The notes beneath the pieces are model-generated. The model saw nothing but the letters and a program-made list of their open reading frames with translations, made no database searches and had not been told where the DNA came from. Made by a program: the position numbers and the translations under genes. DNA of 64,000 bases from Octopus vulgaris (Eukaryota), in NCBI GenBank assembly GCA_951406725.2, contig OX597815.1:68758001-68822000 (forward strand). Direction: 5' to 3'. Shown piece by piece: positions 14,240-28,338 of this stretch. Numbering within the stretch: position 1 is the stretch's first letter; each line of letters opens with the position of its first letter.

Positions 14240-14455
14240 CCCTTTAGAATTCAAACTGGCCATATCAGGCCCAAACATTCTGTTTTGTGGTCAAACTGAC
14301 CAGATCTGGCCTCTCATACCTACCCATTAATGTCATTCTGAAAATAAACAATCACATCATTGAAATTTGAAAGCTAAAAGATAATGTATGGTTAATTCAA
14401 AACAATATGAATACGTAAGCATTACATTTGTTAGAGTAATCTGAATACTAAAGGG
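14240..14455. mobile_element. piggyBac-type MITE, family P2, TTAA TSD
   Basis: TTAA|CCCTTTAGAATTCA...TGAATACTAAAGGG|TTAA. Confidence 0.85.
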
Positions 14456-17153
14456 TTAAGCCTATGACCCAAGTAAGCCATGATAGGATTTGAACTCAAA
14501 ATGCCAAGCTCCAGACACATTCTGCAAGGCATCCAATCCAAGTTTTTTACACTTGTGCCAGTCTTTTATTTTTCTTTTAACTGGAACTGCTCACTGGTCA
14601 TGTTTTCAAGGAAGATTGCAAACGCACAACACTATATATGAAAGCTGACTCTGTTTACAATCAACACGTAAATGTCAAGGAAACACACACACGCACCCAA
14701 CAGGCTTACTACAGTTTTCATTTACCAGTTCACTCAAAGTATTGGTCAGCCTCAGATTACAGTTGATGATACCTGCCCAAGGTGCTGTGCAGTGGGACTG
14801 AAACTAAAACTACATGGTTATGAGCCAAACTTTTTAACCACAAAGCCATGTGCCTAAATTTCGCAATTAGTGTCAAATACAGTAATATGTGCATGTACAC
14901 ACATATATGCATATACCATATCAGTATATGGGATAAATTATCTAACACTCCACAGCCAGAATGGTAAACCTACATGTTTTCTCTGGTGGGTTTTAGGCCA
15001 CTGGAAGTGAAAATTTCTATTAATTTCCATTTCCCTTCAATATGATTAAGTATATATATATATATATCATTATTGTTTAACAGCATGGAAAGCGGGCATT
15101 AAACAATGATGATTTCATATCTGTATACTGTATACATTTAATATGTCCAAAATGGCAGTTGAGCAGAGTAAACAGTATTCTTGTTACTTACAGCAGTAAA
15201 TTCTGCCTCTATATAGATCCTGTTTACATGTTAGTGGACTAGCAAATGGAAGGATATGTCATTGGGTTAGTTTTTAATTAAGTTTTTCCTTTTTTAGAAA
15301 ATTTCCAATTGGATTTGGCGTCAATTATAGAATTCTTTTTCCTACTGTTAGAATATCATTGTGTTATATTCCACTTTTGGATCATTATTTTTAATTGATA
15401 TTGAAGGGGACATAGAAGATAAATTTATATATAAAAAAAGACAAAACAGTTGTAAAACCACAAGATAGTGCCTCGGTTAATAATTGGCTTGCTCTAAGAC
15501 CCTTCTAAATCCTATATAAATTTATCCTCCTCCTTTAACTTGTTTTTAGTGTAACAGTGTGGTACTCGTTTCAAAGTTTTGACTGATCTCTGTTTCTCTT
15601 TTTTTCCAGTCATTGCCAGTTTTGCACATTATTATGTCAACCCCATATTATATAAATATTCACAATTCTAGGATGCTGATTTTCTTGTAGTTATTTATGA
15701 AAATTTGTTACTTATTCTCCACACCTATGTAGATTTGAGGTAGAGAAGATGAAATATTTTTGTTTAGAGTCACATAAAATCAGTTGTAAGAATTGAACCT
15801 TAGTGTTTGTGAGTTTGGTAATCTAATTATCTTAGCTACTTAAAGCTTCTGATACCACCCTACTTGAGACTTGATAATCTCGTTATCTTAGCTATTTAAA
15901 CCTTTTTAATTATTTTTAAAATTAATTGAAACAAAGGTAAGGTAGTGTATTTTAACAGAAATACAACGATTTTGTCTTAGAGGGTCTAATTTTATACTTA
16001 AACATTTCCTCTTGGGTAATTTAGTAATCTGAATCACTTTGTCTTTGATAATCCAGTTATGTTATCAACTTAATCATTTCTCTTTTGTCATCCTGTTCTG
16101 AGGTAATGTCTATGAACTATGGGCTTGTCAATTTCCTCAGAGTGCAGCATAAAAAAGGAATTTTTTTTCTTTTTCTTTTTTCATCTTAATCCTAATTAGA
16201 TGTACCAGATTTTCTGAATTTGTACAAATACTATTTCTATTAACAAGACACCTGTGCTTGTCCTATCAAACTTTAGCCTTTGACACCTGGTACAAAGCCA
16301 CCATCACCCATCTCAAATGTGCTCCCATTCAATTGAAAGGGTTTTTCCATTTTTGTTTTGCAAGTTTCTTGGTAACCTCACTAGTGCTAATGTCATGCAA
16401 AAAGCATCAGTACACACTAAAGTGGTTGGCATCAGGAAGGACACCCAGCTATAGAAACCATGTGAAAGTTGACACTGGAGCCTGATACAGCTCTGCAGCT
16501 CGTCAGGCTCTATCAAACTGTCTGACCCATGTGAGCATGGAAACACAAACATCAGATGATAATGATGGTGAGGATGATGATGATGTATCCAATTTTTCTC
16601 AACCAAAGTGTGGTTAAGTACGAAATAGCTTATTATAACCCACTTAAGTTTTTGGTTTGGTGATAGGAAAAGAATACAGTTCATCTGCTTCATATTAGCA
16701 AGGTAAAGATTGGATCTTGCTGTGTTTTTTAACAAGCTATGTCATGTTTGTTTGATAGAGAATTTGGTTACATTTAAAAGAAACCTTAAAGAACAAGCTT
16801 TACTTGAATTTGAAGTGTAATGCAAGAGGGAAGGCATGTTGCTTCCATGTAATTAACAATGGTCATGAAGACAATGGTGATGTTTTAACATTTTTTCAAA
16901 AAATTCTGTTTTTACATTCTTCCATGTCACTTTGCTATTATTTGCTTGTGGAAGAAAGTGAGATATTCATTAAACTGCTGCAAGCTGTTATTTAAAGCCT
17001 TTTACTTAAATTACAGTCATGCAAGAATATCGAAAGTTTATCCTTCTCTTTCTCTTCTTTCCTTCCCACAATCCACACATGTTAAGGAAGGACTTGTTGA
17101 CTTTGGTTTGATGTCGTATTTCAGAACATTATGAAACTGAGTTTCTTTTGCAG

Positions 17154-17240
17154 TTTACAACGGATATCTATGAGAAAGATCTGCAACAAGCATTACTCCT
17201 TAGCAGGTTGGAATTTGAACAGAAAAAACCTACAAAAGAA
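17154..17240 (+). CDS. GKAP1: GKAP1 coding exon 3 (FTTDIYEKDLQQALLLSRLEFEQKKPTKE)
   Basis: Acceptor tttcttttgcAG; donor GAA|GTATGT; 87 nt; conserved ALLLSxLE motif. Confidence 0.94.
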
Positions 17241-17698
17241 GTATGTCACTAAAATTTAACCCTTCTACCCTTTTCCTTTTCTTTTTTCTTTCTTTTTTTT
17301 TATTCCAATTTTGTGCTGCAACTTTAAAACAGGAGAGAGTAAGCCTCTGCAACTGTTAAAGCTCTAAGGTGTAGAATGATGGTAGATTCTTGTTTTTTCT
17401 CTTATTGTTTGCTTTAATTAGCTGCAGGCATGTCTATTGGTGCAGATAAGGCTGTGTGGTTAAGATGTTTATTTTCCAACTGTATAGTTTCAGGGTCAAT
17501 CTTACTGCATAGAGTCTTGGGCAAGTGAGTGAATTTGGCTGATGGAAACAAAAAGTAGCACATTACCAACCCTCACATGTAAGATAACTTTCCCCATGGC
17601 CAGGCATATTTTTGCAGAATATTGGAAATGAATGACACTGCTTGTATGACAGTGGCACTCATTTACAACTATCATGCAATGTCAAGACAAAGTATATA

Positions 17699-17873
17699 TG
17701 AGAGGGTGCTGAAAAGTTCCTGGCTTTGGGTAAAAGAAAATACAAGATGATCAGTTAATTATGAATTTTTTCAACATATTTCCCACTCAGATTTACACAC
17801 TTATGGGCAGTGGTCTTTCAGTTTTTGTAAGTCCTATAAATATCCTTACCATCAGGAACTTTTCAGCACCTCC

Positions 17874-17874
<1 letters not shown>
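17699..17874. mobile_element. mariner-type MITE
   Basis: TIRs gagggtgctgaaaagttcctg / caggaacttttcagcacctcc, flanked by TA. Confidence 0.75.
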
Positions 17875-17908
<34 letters not shown>

Positions 17909-19129
17909 ATGGGATTCTTTCAATTTCCAAGTGTCAAATCCACTCACAAGGCTTTGGTAGAAGACCAAACCCAAAAATCATGCAGTTGGGCAGCAAACTT
18001 TTAACCACACAGCCCTGCTGCACCTTTTAGGGTAGATGAAATAGTTACCAGTCAGTTAAATTGTTTATACCTCTTTCCATTTATGGCCTTGTGTCAGAGT
18101 TATTAGTATTGTTATTATGTGTTATTAGTTGTAACTCTTTCATGTCATTCCTCTAAGTTGTTTTGTCTATCTTTCCTAATGTTTTACAAATGGGATAGTT
18201 TTATTACTTTATTTTTTTATTTAGACATTTGGTGAGGCTAAGGAGCTGGCCTTTTGACCTCTAGTCAGGAGTTCCAACTGTGGTTACAGCAATGCTGTTG
18301 TATTTGATTATTCACATAACTCCACTTTAGTCTGTGTCACTTTAGTCTACTTTAACAATTCAGTATGTAGATGTAAGGAACATCTGACTGAAGAAATAAA
18401 AAAAAAATTATAAAATACATCATTATTTAACACGACTTATATTTATAGTGCTTGTCTTTTCCAATAATGTGCAGTTGATTAAATTTTCAACATCCATTTC
18501 GACACTGAAAAAAAACCCCAGGAGATTGTTTGGAATTGGTATTTATGTATAGAATGACTAGTATTGAATGCATAACCCATTTGATACAAAACCACACAAG
18601 ATTACCATTGGTTTTAAGGTGCAGCCTTACTGATTTTAAGTGGTTTATGCTAAAATTCCCTTTTAAAATTTCAGGTTATTTTATGTCCCAAGCTGGCAGA
18701 ATCATTAGCATGCTGGACAAAATACTTAGCAGCATTACTTCCAGCAATACGTTCTGAGCTCTAATTCTGTCATGGTCAAATTTGCTTGACTAGCCCCACT
18801 AGCTTACTATCAGGTCTTGTGCTTTTCTTTAATAGAAAGCAATTTATGTTCCAAACAGCTTAATAACAATGGAGTTACTTTACTATATTTTTCAATATTT
18901 TTTATATCAATTGAATCAAAAACTGTATTTTAAAAGAAATATGGTAACAAAAGGGATAAATATTAGTAAAGTTAATTGCAGAAGTTGTGCAGTTAAATTA
19001 GAGATGGTAGAAAGGTGAATTTGATGTGTATGTGAATTTGAAGCTACATGGAAGAAAAACTGATGATACCTGGAGAGAGTAATAGTAAACATTTTATTTT
19101 ATTTGTATACTGGGGTTTTGTTTTTCCAG

Positions 19130-19253
19130 AAAGGAAACAGCTCAGAAGGTAAAACACAGGCAGAAAGTAAGAAGAAAAAGAAAAAAGAAAAGCAAGTTAT
19201 TCCCACCAACACAGAACAACCCAAAAATAAGGTTCCAAACTCCAACAAATCAG
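19130..19253 (+). CDS. GKAP1: GKAP1 coding exon 4 (KGNSSEGKTQAESKKKKKKEK...NKS)
   Basis: Acceptor ttttgtttttccAG; donor CAG|GTACAG; 124 nt, phase 0/1; Lys-rich linker as expected at this position. Confidence 0.85.
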
Positions 19254-19399
19254 GTACAGTTACATAATTTCATTACTAGGATTTTATCCTTTGTATGTAT
19301 ATTAGACAATTGGCAAGTTCACTATTTGTGTATGTTAGACAGTTGACAAACTTAGTATTCATATGGTTACATATATATATATCTTTTAAACAAACCTAC

Positions 19400-19922
19400 A
19401 TAAGGACAGCTGTGTAAAAAAAGTGCTGATCTCTAACTGTGGAGGTAACCTGTGGAAGAGGTAGACCCAGGAAGATACGGGACGAGGTGGTGAAGCATGA
19501 TCTTCATACTTCAAGCCTCATGAAGGAAATGACAAATGACTCAGACCTTTGGTAATATGCCATGCTTGAGATGACCCGTCAAGCCAAGTAAAAAAAGGCA
19601 TGTAAAAAACATTATTCAAACATTGGGCCTCATGGAGGTTATAAGTGTCCAAAACCCTTGGCGATATGCCCTACCTGAGAAGACTTGTCAAGCCAAGTGA
19701 AATCATAGTTGTGGCTGATGCTGGTGTTGTGTAACTGGCACCCATACTGGTGGCATGTAAAAAACACCCATTAAACTCTTGGTGTGATTGGCGTTAGGAA
19801 GGGCATCCAGCCATAAAAACCATGCCAAATCAAATTGAAGCCTTTCCAGCTTATCAGTTTCAGTCAAACTGTCTAACCCATGGTAGCATGGAAAGCAGAT
19901 GCTAAATGATGATGACGACGAC
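19400..19922 (+). mobile_element. RTE LINE 3' fragment
   Basis: Encodes GRGRPRKIRDEVVKHDL (ORF2 end), then the shared 3' UTR and a (GAT/GAC)n tail. Confidence 0.8.
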
Positions 19923-20999
19923 CTAGTAGACATACACGGCAAATTTACCTATTTCTCCATAGATCGAAAAAATGAAGAACAGCCTTAATTTTCAACCCTT
20001 ATGGGGTTCTCATCTAAGGTGTGTGTGTCTCGTGAGCAATCAACAGAAAAAGTTGCCAATCTGTTCATATACACATCAAATCTAATAGCTTCAGAGAACT
20101 GGAGATTTGCATACTGTAAGTGTTGTGAACGCTTTATTAGATATCAGAGTTGGTTCAACAGGAAACTCAGTCCACATTGTATGATGGTATGATGACCAAA
20201 TCCATGGTTGGAGCAAGACTCCTGCCAGAGATAAATCTATTTTGTAAATTTATTAACTACTGTACTTACAAAGAATGCTGCTGCATCACTGCTCTCAGGC
20301 TGGCAAAGTTTGCTGGAACCATGAAGTTAATCATGTAAGTCTGAAAGTTGAACACTCAAGATTACAGTTCTTCTTTTTTTTTTTCTTTTTTTCAATGTAG
20401 TTAATCATTTCATCTTGGATTTCTGATGTTGTATGTGGGCTGTCTCAGATACTTGATGTTGAAGCAACAGGACACGTCATCCAAGCAAAGTTGTTTCATG
20501 TGTTTTTGAAATGTAAATTTATTAGTTCGTGTTACATAAGGACAGTAGGTTGCTCTGTCATCATTTAACATACCTTTTTCCATGCTGGCATAGGTTGAAT
20601 AGTTTGGCATGATCCAACTAGCCTGAGGTCTGTATTGGTCTCCAATGTCTGATTTAACATGGTTTCTACTTGCTGGATGTCCTTCCTAATGCCAATCACT
20701 TCATTAAATGTACTGGACACTTTTTTGTGACACCAGCACTAGTGGGATCAGAAAGTACTCACATGACAAGACTTCAATTGAGTGAGAGTGTAGTATTGAT
20801 GGAGGTGGAAGTATGATAGAGAGACAGGAGCAGATATTTTGTTAAAGAGATGAATACATGGCTTCTCCATCTGGACAGAAAGAAAGAGAGGGAGATATGT
20901 GAGATGAAGATACAAGATGAATATGAAAAAGAATATCCCTTTGATTACTTCACTCACCAACTTGACCTGTCATTGGGAAGCTTTGTTGCATCTTCATTC

Positions 21000-21538
21000 G
21001 CTATATTTTAATCATTCACAGCTGTGTCTGTAATTTGCAGGTCTCTAAGATGATGCACAATAGGTATTTTATTACTAATATACTCTGTTCTGTCAGATTT
21101 TCATTATTATTTACTACATCCTCAACAAAGATCCTGTAACATTTTTTGCATACTCAAGCGACTTACAAACACTTTTTCCTTTGATATTTAAAGTCTGTGA
21201 AATCATTGTCAACATTTTCATCAGATGAATTATCAAATATCAAAGCAGGCCACACCTTATGCCAGGTTTTCTTTAGTGTAGATGCTTCCAGCATCTTCCA
21301 TCCTCTGGCAACAAACCAGACAGCATTCTTAATATTCAATTCTTTAATAATTGTCAGTACAGATTTGCCAGCATTCACTGCATCTAAAAGACATTTCATG
21401 AAAAGTGAGTCTTAAAGTTCAATATTTTTGGGTTTGGAGGTTTGGTAAACGACATACAGTTGGGTGGTAAATATACTGTATAAATATTTTTTACTCAAGA
21501 TGTCATCTTTGGGGTGGGTTGAGCAGTTGTCCAGGATT
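21000..21538 (-). mobile_element. pogo/Tigger (CENP-B-like DDE_1) transposase remnant
   Basis: Minus-strand peptides ILDNCSTHP...YLPPNC and IKNAVWFVARGWKMLEASTLKKTWHKVWP are typical of DDE_1 transposases; frameshifted. Confidence 0.75.
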
Positions 21539-21569
21539 TAACCCTTTAGCATTTAAATCAACCATTTTA

Positions 21570-21955
21570 TCTTCTATTTTTTGTTTCTGTCATTAGACTG
21601 CTGCCTTGCTGGGATACCGCCTTAAAGAATTTTAGTTGAATTTATCAACCCCAGTACTTGTATTTTGGAAAGCCTGGTTCTTATTCTATCAGTCTTTTTT
21701 GCTGAACTACTAAGTTACGGAGAGTATAACCATACCAACACCAGTTGTCAAGCAGTGGTGGGGGACAAAAACAGACATGTATAGGTATATCTGTATGACA
21801 GGCTTCTTTCCATTTCAGTCTACCAAATCTACTCACAAAACTTTGGTTAGCCCAAGGCTATAGTAGAAGACACTTGCTGAAGGCGCCATGCAGTGAGACT
21901 GAATCGGGAACCATGTGGTTGGGAAGCAAACTTCTTACCACACAGCTATGCCTGT
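21570..21955 (-). mobile_element. SINE family B copy
   Basis: Collinear with 58188-58600. Confidence 0.75.
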
Positions 21956-22176
21956 AAACAAATGTCACCATCATAAAGTACTGACATCTGTTTGCCTTTC
22001 ATTCCTATAAAATAAAGTCCTTCAGTTAAAACTTTTGTTTAGGAACTGTTTTAGAGCCTTTCATTTAATCCTGTTGTGTTATGGTTTGTGTCAGTAAGAA
22101 TGAATCATCATTTAACATCCATGTTCCAGGCTGGTGTGGGTTGTGATTTATTAAATCAGTCACATGTTTACTTTGT

Positions 22177-22500
22177 GGTGAAGGTGCATGGCTGAGTGGT
22201 TAGAGTGTGAGGTTCATGATCATGAGGTAGTGAGTTCAATTCCCAGACTGGGCTGTGTGTTGTTCTGCAGCAAGACACCTTATTTTATGTCACTCCAGTT
22301 TACTCAGCTATAGAAATGAGTTGCAGTGTCACTGGTGCCAAGCTGTATCAGCTTTTGCCTTTTCTCTTGGATAGCATCAATTGCATGGAGTAGAAGAGGC
22401 TGGTATGAATAACCTTGCCCAGACCTGTGCTTCAGAAGGGAACTTTCTCATTGCAATCCCATGGTCATTTGTGACCAAAGAGGGATCTTTACCCTTTACC
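22177..22500 (+). mobile_element. tRNA-derived SINE, family C
   Basis: tggctgagtggttagag A box, gagttcaattccc B box, ends in (TTTACCC)-like repeats. Similar heads at ~4196 and ~26140. Confidence 0.6.
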
Positions 22501-22561
22501 TGATGTTGCAACTCTATATTTAATTAATATCTTGCTTTGTCTTGTTTTCATTATTTTGAAG

Positions 22562-22677
22562 GTGCCAAACATGAAGCCTCACTGAATAATGATGGAGAGT
22601 CCAATTGTCTTGATAATGCGAAAGCTGGCTACAACCGCATTCGGCATAATGAAAAGATGCAAGAAGAATACCGGAAA
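22562..22677 (+). CDS. GKAP1: GKAP1 coding exon 5 (GAKHEASL...RIRHNEKMQEEYRK)
   Basis: Polypyrimidine tract plus aAG at 22560-22561; donor AAA|GTAAAT; 116 nt, phase 1/0 fits both neighbours. Confidence 0.85.
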
Positions 22678-23917
22678 GTAAATCTTTTTTTCTTTTTATT
22701 CTATTTTCACTCCAATCTAAAAAAAAAATTAAGCATAAAATTGAAATTTGAGTTTTAGATTTTAAAATTTTTTGCTTGCTGATAACATCAAATACACACA
22801 CATCAACATTCTCGCACACACATGCATTATTGACTTATCAATTAATTTGATATTTCATTACTAATTAGCATTCAGTTGTGAATCTAGAGATGCTCTTATT
22901 TCCAGCTCCTGAAGATTAAGTAAACAGTAAAATATGCCTGTTTAGGAGTACAGCAATGGTTCCAGCTGGGATTAGGGATTGAACTAAGTACCTCAACACG
23001 TATAGCCTGTTGTAGGAAAAATGCTTTGACTACATCTTTATCTTTTATCATAAAGCACATGTAGTTGATGATAATTCTAAATACTGTTAACTGCTTGTAG
23101 CTTATGAAAAGCACTTACCCACAACTGGTATGTCATCTTTCTTGGGTGTGTCATCTTAAATTGTACCAATGAGATGGTAGAATTGTTACTGTGCTGAGCA
23201 AAATACTCAGCAGTATTTTGTCTGTCTTTATGTTTTGAATTCAAAGTCTGCCAAGGTTGACTTTGCCTTTTATCTTTTTGGGGCTGATGAAATAGGTACT
23301 AGGTGAGCACTGCTTCCTTTTTTTGATTTCTGATTTTCATCAAGTCTATTCAATTCAACCCATCTTAATCATCATCCTGTGTTTCTTTTAAGATCTTTCA
23401 ATATCAAATCCAGTCTATCAGCCTTTGTCTCCATTTGTTCATGAAAACATGTCTGACTATAGGGAAATATTGCCTTACTTGAAAACCAGTGTGAGTCAGT
23501 GACAAGAAGGGTACCCAACCACAAAAAAAATTAAAAGTTTGCCTCAGTGACTCTTATTTGTCTAATGCAAACATGGAAAAATGGACATTAACATGATGGT
23601 GATTGTGTGTGTGTGCATATATATATATGGCTCCAGGAATTACATACTTTTTTTTTGCATTTTATGTATTTTTGCTTTATTCCCATATACTTCTGTACAT
23701 GTGTGTATCTAAGTATTTAATATATGTATCACTTGTTCATTTTACATGTTTTCCATTAGCATGGGTAAGACAGATATAGTCTGATATACTGAAGCATTAT
23801 TTTACAGTAGGGTATCCTTCCTTTGCTAACCCTTTTATTCATGTAAGAGGTCTGTTTCCTGTCTTTGAAAGTGCAAAACCAGTGACTTTAAAAAGATGTG
23901 TGAAATTAGAGATCCCT

Positions 23918-23980
<63 letters not shown>

Positions 23981-24424
23981 CTGTGTGTTTGTCTTTGTAT
24001 GTATAATGTTTCCCTGTTATTATTTCCTTCCTACCTCCCAGTGCTTTACATAACTACTTGGCATTTATTTTTATTTTTTCCTTGCTCTTACCATTCCTCC
24101 TGTCTAGTAATACATCTCTTTTCCTTCTCTTTCACCTCCTCTTCTTTTCTCTCACTCACTAAACCCCACCCCAATTTATTTATCCTTTAACACCAGTTGA
24201 CTTTTTTTTTCCTTGCCCTCAAAGACTTCCTTTCTTCTTCCAACCATAAGATTTATTCTGTTGTTCAAATTATAAGTTGCTAGATTGCTGTCTTTTGTGT
24301 TACCCTTTTTTGTGTGGCAGAATAATTATTGTGCATGACTTGTAGGGATTTTGCTTTGTTTGCCAATTTGCTCTGAGGTTGTTTCTTTAGAATCTTTCAG
24401 ACATCAGTTGTTTTGTTAGTTAAT

Positions 24425-25423
24425 TTTTTGGCTCAAAAAGCAAAAAAGCAAGGCCATGTTGGGGGACATGGAGTTATGTACAGGGTGGTGTTCATGTAAA
24501 GAGTTCAGGCCACTTGTGGTCAAGGGAGACTTTAAACCGAGCGGTCGTCGGCAACTTATTCCACGGATCTGCAACCCGGATGGAGAAAGCCCCTCTCCTT
24601 CGATTGAGATGAAATTGTCGCAGATAGAGCTTTTCGGAATGACCCCGCAGCCGACGTTCTGGAGCAGGAGTGAAGAACAGCTCCTTCGAGAGGTTACACT
24701 TTCCGCTTATGATTTTGTGAGCAAGAATGAGATCACCATGGCGTCGTCATTTTTCTAGAGAATAAAGGTTGAGCGTCTTCAGCCTTTTTTCATAAGACAA
24801 ATTCTTAAGACCAAGAACCATGCGGGTAGCCAGCTTCTGGACTCTTTCGAGATGCTGTATGTCTTTGAGGAGATAAGGAGAAGAGGCTTGAATCTCGTAC
24901 TCCAATATGAGTCTCACCAGCGTAACATAGAGCGGTAGGAATATAGCTGCTGTGAGCATTCCAAATGAACATTAAATCAAGAACAGAACTCCGCATGCTT
25001 TGTTGGCAGCATGGACGCACTGGGCCGAAGGCGAAAAGGAGGAATCCACCAAGATACCCAGGTCCTTTACCTGATCGGTCCTCTCCAGCAGCAGACGACC
25101 CGGCTCGAAATCAAGTTGAGTTGCAGGAGGAGAGCCAACAGGCAGATGACAGCACTTTGACATGTTCAGACACAGGTCCCATTTGTTAGACCATCTCCAA
25201 ATTTGGTGGAGGCATCGACGAAGATCCTCTATATCACCGCGAGGAGCGACCAGTTTGACATCGTCGGCAAATAGAAGGGTGTGTTGCGTGAGGTCGTCGG
25301 GCAAGTCATTTATGGAGACTAAGAACAATAAGGGCCCAAGCACTGAACCTTGAGGCACGCCACTGCTTGCACTGGAGACGTTGGACCGCGAACCATTAAC
25401 TTGGACTTGGAAGGAGCGATCTG
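24425..25423 (-). mobile_element. 5'-truncated CR1-clade LINE (RT C-terminal part)
   Basis: PQGSVLGPLLFLVSINDLP...LFADDVKL and LYVTLVRLILEY...HLERVQKLATRMV...LSYEKRLKTLNLYSLE peptides; short tandem-repeat tail at ~24430. Confidence 0.9.
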
Positions 25424-25594
25424 ATTTGTGTCTTGTCCTAGAACTTTACATTTCTTCAATTGTATGTTCTACTTCATAAGTTGTAATTTCTGCGATTTTT
25501 GGTGATGATGTCTTCTCTAAAATCATTGTTAATTTTTGAGTTTAGACTTTGGTAGCATTTTGTTATTTTTTCCATGATCTCATGAAACTTTTCT

Positions 25595-25880
25595 TCATCA
25601 TCTAATGTCTGTTGTCCATGCTGGCATGGGTTGGGTGGTTTGACTGGGCTGGCATACTGGAAGGCTGTGCCAGGATCCAGTCTGATTTGGCATGGTTTTT
25701 TACGGCTGGATGCCCTTCTTAATGCCAACCACTCCAAGAGTGTAATGGGTGCTTTAATGTGCCACCAGCACGGGTGCCATTTGCATGACATCGGTATCTG
25801 TCACAACTGTGATTCTGCTTGGTTTGATGAGTCTTCTTCTCAAGCACAACATAATGCCATAGGTCTTGGTCACTGCCTCC
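25595..25880 (-). mobile_element. RTE 3' UTR fragment
   Basis: Reverse complement of the RTE 3' end (catgctggcatggg...ggatgcccttc...gccaaccactcc). Confidence 0.75.
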
Positions 25881-25909
25881 CCAAAAACCTTGAGCTATTT
25901 AACACTTAA

Positions 25910-26111
25910 CCTTTTTTATAATAACCTGCCTGAGACTATCCCTGGTTCTCTGACACAAAATCTCCTGTTTTAAAGTGATCTACATTGAAACTTTCCATCA
26001 AAATTTCATGTTCTAAATACTGACTTAATAAGTGATTTTACTAAATTCATCGTTAGTTACAAAATTAAAACAAAGGCAGTAGATTTTAACTGAAATATCG
26101 TAACAAAAGGG
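25910..26111. mobile_element. piggyBac-type MITE, family P1
   Basis: TTAA|CC...CGTAACAAAAGGG|TTAA; related to 13999-14218 in the opposite orientation. Confidence 0.7.
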
Positions 26112-26562
26112 TTAACATACAGCTAAGTTTTAATTTGTGTGAAGGTACATGGCTTAGTGGTTAGAATATTCAACTCAAGATCATAAGGTGATGAGTTTGA
26201 TTCCCAGCAGCACATTATATCGGCTGGCAAAATTGTGTAGTACTCATATTTCACAGGCCCAGCTTTGTCACATTCTGTGTCCTGCTGAATTTCCCTGAGA
26301 ATCATGTTACGGGTATGCATGTCTGTACAGTGCTCATACACTTGCATCAGACTGTTCTGTTAACCAACTGGAACCTTCATCATCATAACTGACAGAGTGC
26401 CAGTTTTGAAGTTTCAATATGGGTTGGAATTGAGTCTTTGATATTGCTAACATTCTTAAATGCATGAATGAAACCACTTCATTTTTTGAATTTGTCTTTG
26501 TATGTAAAAACTGCAAGAAACTAATATCTATCCACGTCTACTCATATTGAATTTCTATTTAG

Positions 26563-26664
26563 CAATATGCTGTTCAAAGTGTATTGACTGCCAAACATGA
26601 AGAAGAGATAAAAGAGAAAGAAAAAGAAGCCAAGAAGTTAAAAGATAAAGTAGGGACACTAGAA
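26563..26664 (+). CDS. GKAP1: GKAP1 coding exon 6 (QYAVQSVLTAKHEEEIKEKEKEAKKLKDKVGTLE), coiled coil
   Basis: Acceptor tttctatttAG; consensus donor GAA|GTAAGT; 102 nt, phase 0/0. Confidence 0.9.
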
Positions 26665-27065
26665 GTAAGTATGGTTTGTTGTACATATTGCACATTACAG
26701 TGTGGGTTTGGAAGGTGTTTGAAATGAGAGCGAAATTGATGTTGGGTGTTTGTTGGGAAGGAAAGCTGAGGGATGTTGATAAAAAATAGGTGTAATATCT
26801 GAACAGGTCTGGCTGTGTGGTTTTGTAGCTTGCTTCCCAACCATGTGGTCTTGTGTTCATTCCCTTGTTACAGCACCAGCACATTGGATAAGTGTTTTCT
26901 ACTATAGTCCCAGGCCAACCAAAGCCTTATGAGTTTTGTGAGTGTGTACGTTCTTGTTCATTTCCAGTCTTCTGTAGAAGAACCTGTCTGGCCGTGGGAA
27001 ATATTATCTTGTTTGAAAATGGGTAAGGATTAGTGACAGGAAAGACCTCTGGCTGTAGAAAATCT

Positions 27066-28338
27066 GGATCTTTTCCTTTTGATGGACGGAATTTCTAGTT
27101 AACTAAACAATTTGAAACTTCGGTATACTGGTAGAATGTGTCAAAAGAAAACATTATTTTCACTTGGCTTTTTTGAGAAAATTGTAATTTGTAAGTTTAA
27201 TGTAGTTTTATTCTTCAAATTTTAACCAATGAATTGACAGCATTTGAGCTCAAATCATTTGCTGCGTTATCAATATTGATAAACAAAGGAGGTGGCATGT
27301 GCTAGAAATAACAGCCATATCTCTTAAATCAATGAATTTCGTCACCCAATAAAAATATTAACGATATTTTTTTAATATTTTCTTTATTTTTTTTACCGAA
27401 AAGGCTTCTCCCATGGTTTTGAAGGGCCAAAAAGAACAAAAACAAAACAATAATATGCCTAAATCGGGGTCGTATTGTAAAAACTTGCAAAATATTTTTT
27501 CATAAAAGGATGCCCCAGCTTGTCGGACGCTGTGATATAAATTTGGGGGAAAATCCTCGACACCAGTGCGTAATTGGTACTTAATTTATCGACCCCGAAA
27601 TGATGAAACATTGACCCCCCCCACCCATTTCTAGTTTATTTACCTTTTGTGTAAATTTGTTCCGGCAAGGGGCAAAACACAGAGGCGACAAAGCATGAGA
27701 TACAAAAGTATTAAGTCGATTCTATCGACACCAGTACGAACTCACAAACGTGTATGTATGCTTGTGTGTGTATGTATATCTCCGTTTGTATGTGTGTGTA
27801 CGCTTATATATTACTATGTGCTTGTGCAAATGTATATGCATGTGTTTGAGAGAGAGAGAGAGAGAGAGAGTGACTATGTGTGTGTGTGCAAGTGTACGTG
27901 TGTATGTATCTGAATATATGTGTGTGTATGCGGCGTGCGTATATGCGTATAAGCATGTATCTTTGTGTATGTATATGTATACTTGTCTATGTGTGCGTGT
28001 GTATGTATATTTACTTCTATGTGCAGGCGCGCTTGTACATGCAAGTGTTTGTATGCATGTGGGATCTTTTCCTTTTGATATTTAAGAGATATGGCTGTTA
28101 TTTCTAGCACATGCCTCCTCCTTTGTTTATCAATATTGATAACGCAGCAAATGATTTGAGCTCAAAGCTGTCAATTCATTGGTTAAAATTCAAAGAATTA
28201 AACTACGTTAAACTTACAAATTACAATTTTCTCAAAAAAGCCAAGTGAAAATAATGTTTTTTGTCACATTCTACCAGTATACGAAGTTTCAAATTGTTTA
28301 GTTAACTAGAAATTCCGTCCATCAAAAGGAAAAGATCC
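27066..28338. mobile_element. Non-autonomous DNA transposon with ~265-bp terminal inverted repeats and an 8-bp TSD (GAAAATCT)
   Basis: Arms 27066-~27330 and ~28075-28338 are reverse complements. GAAAATCT lies at 27058-27065 and 28339-28346. The element interrupts an older repeat that resumes after it. Confidence 0.88.
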
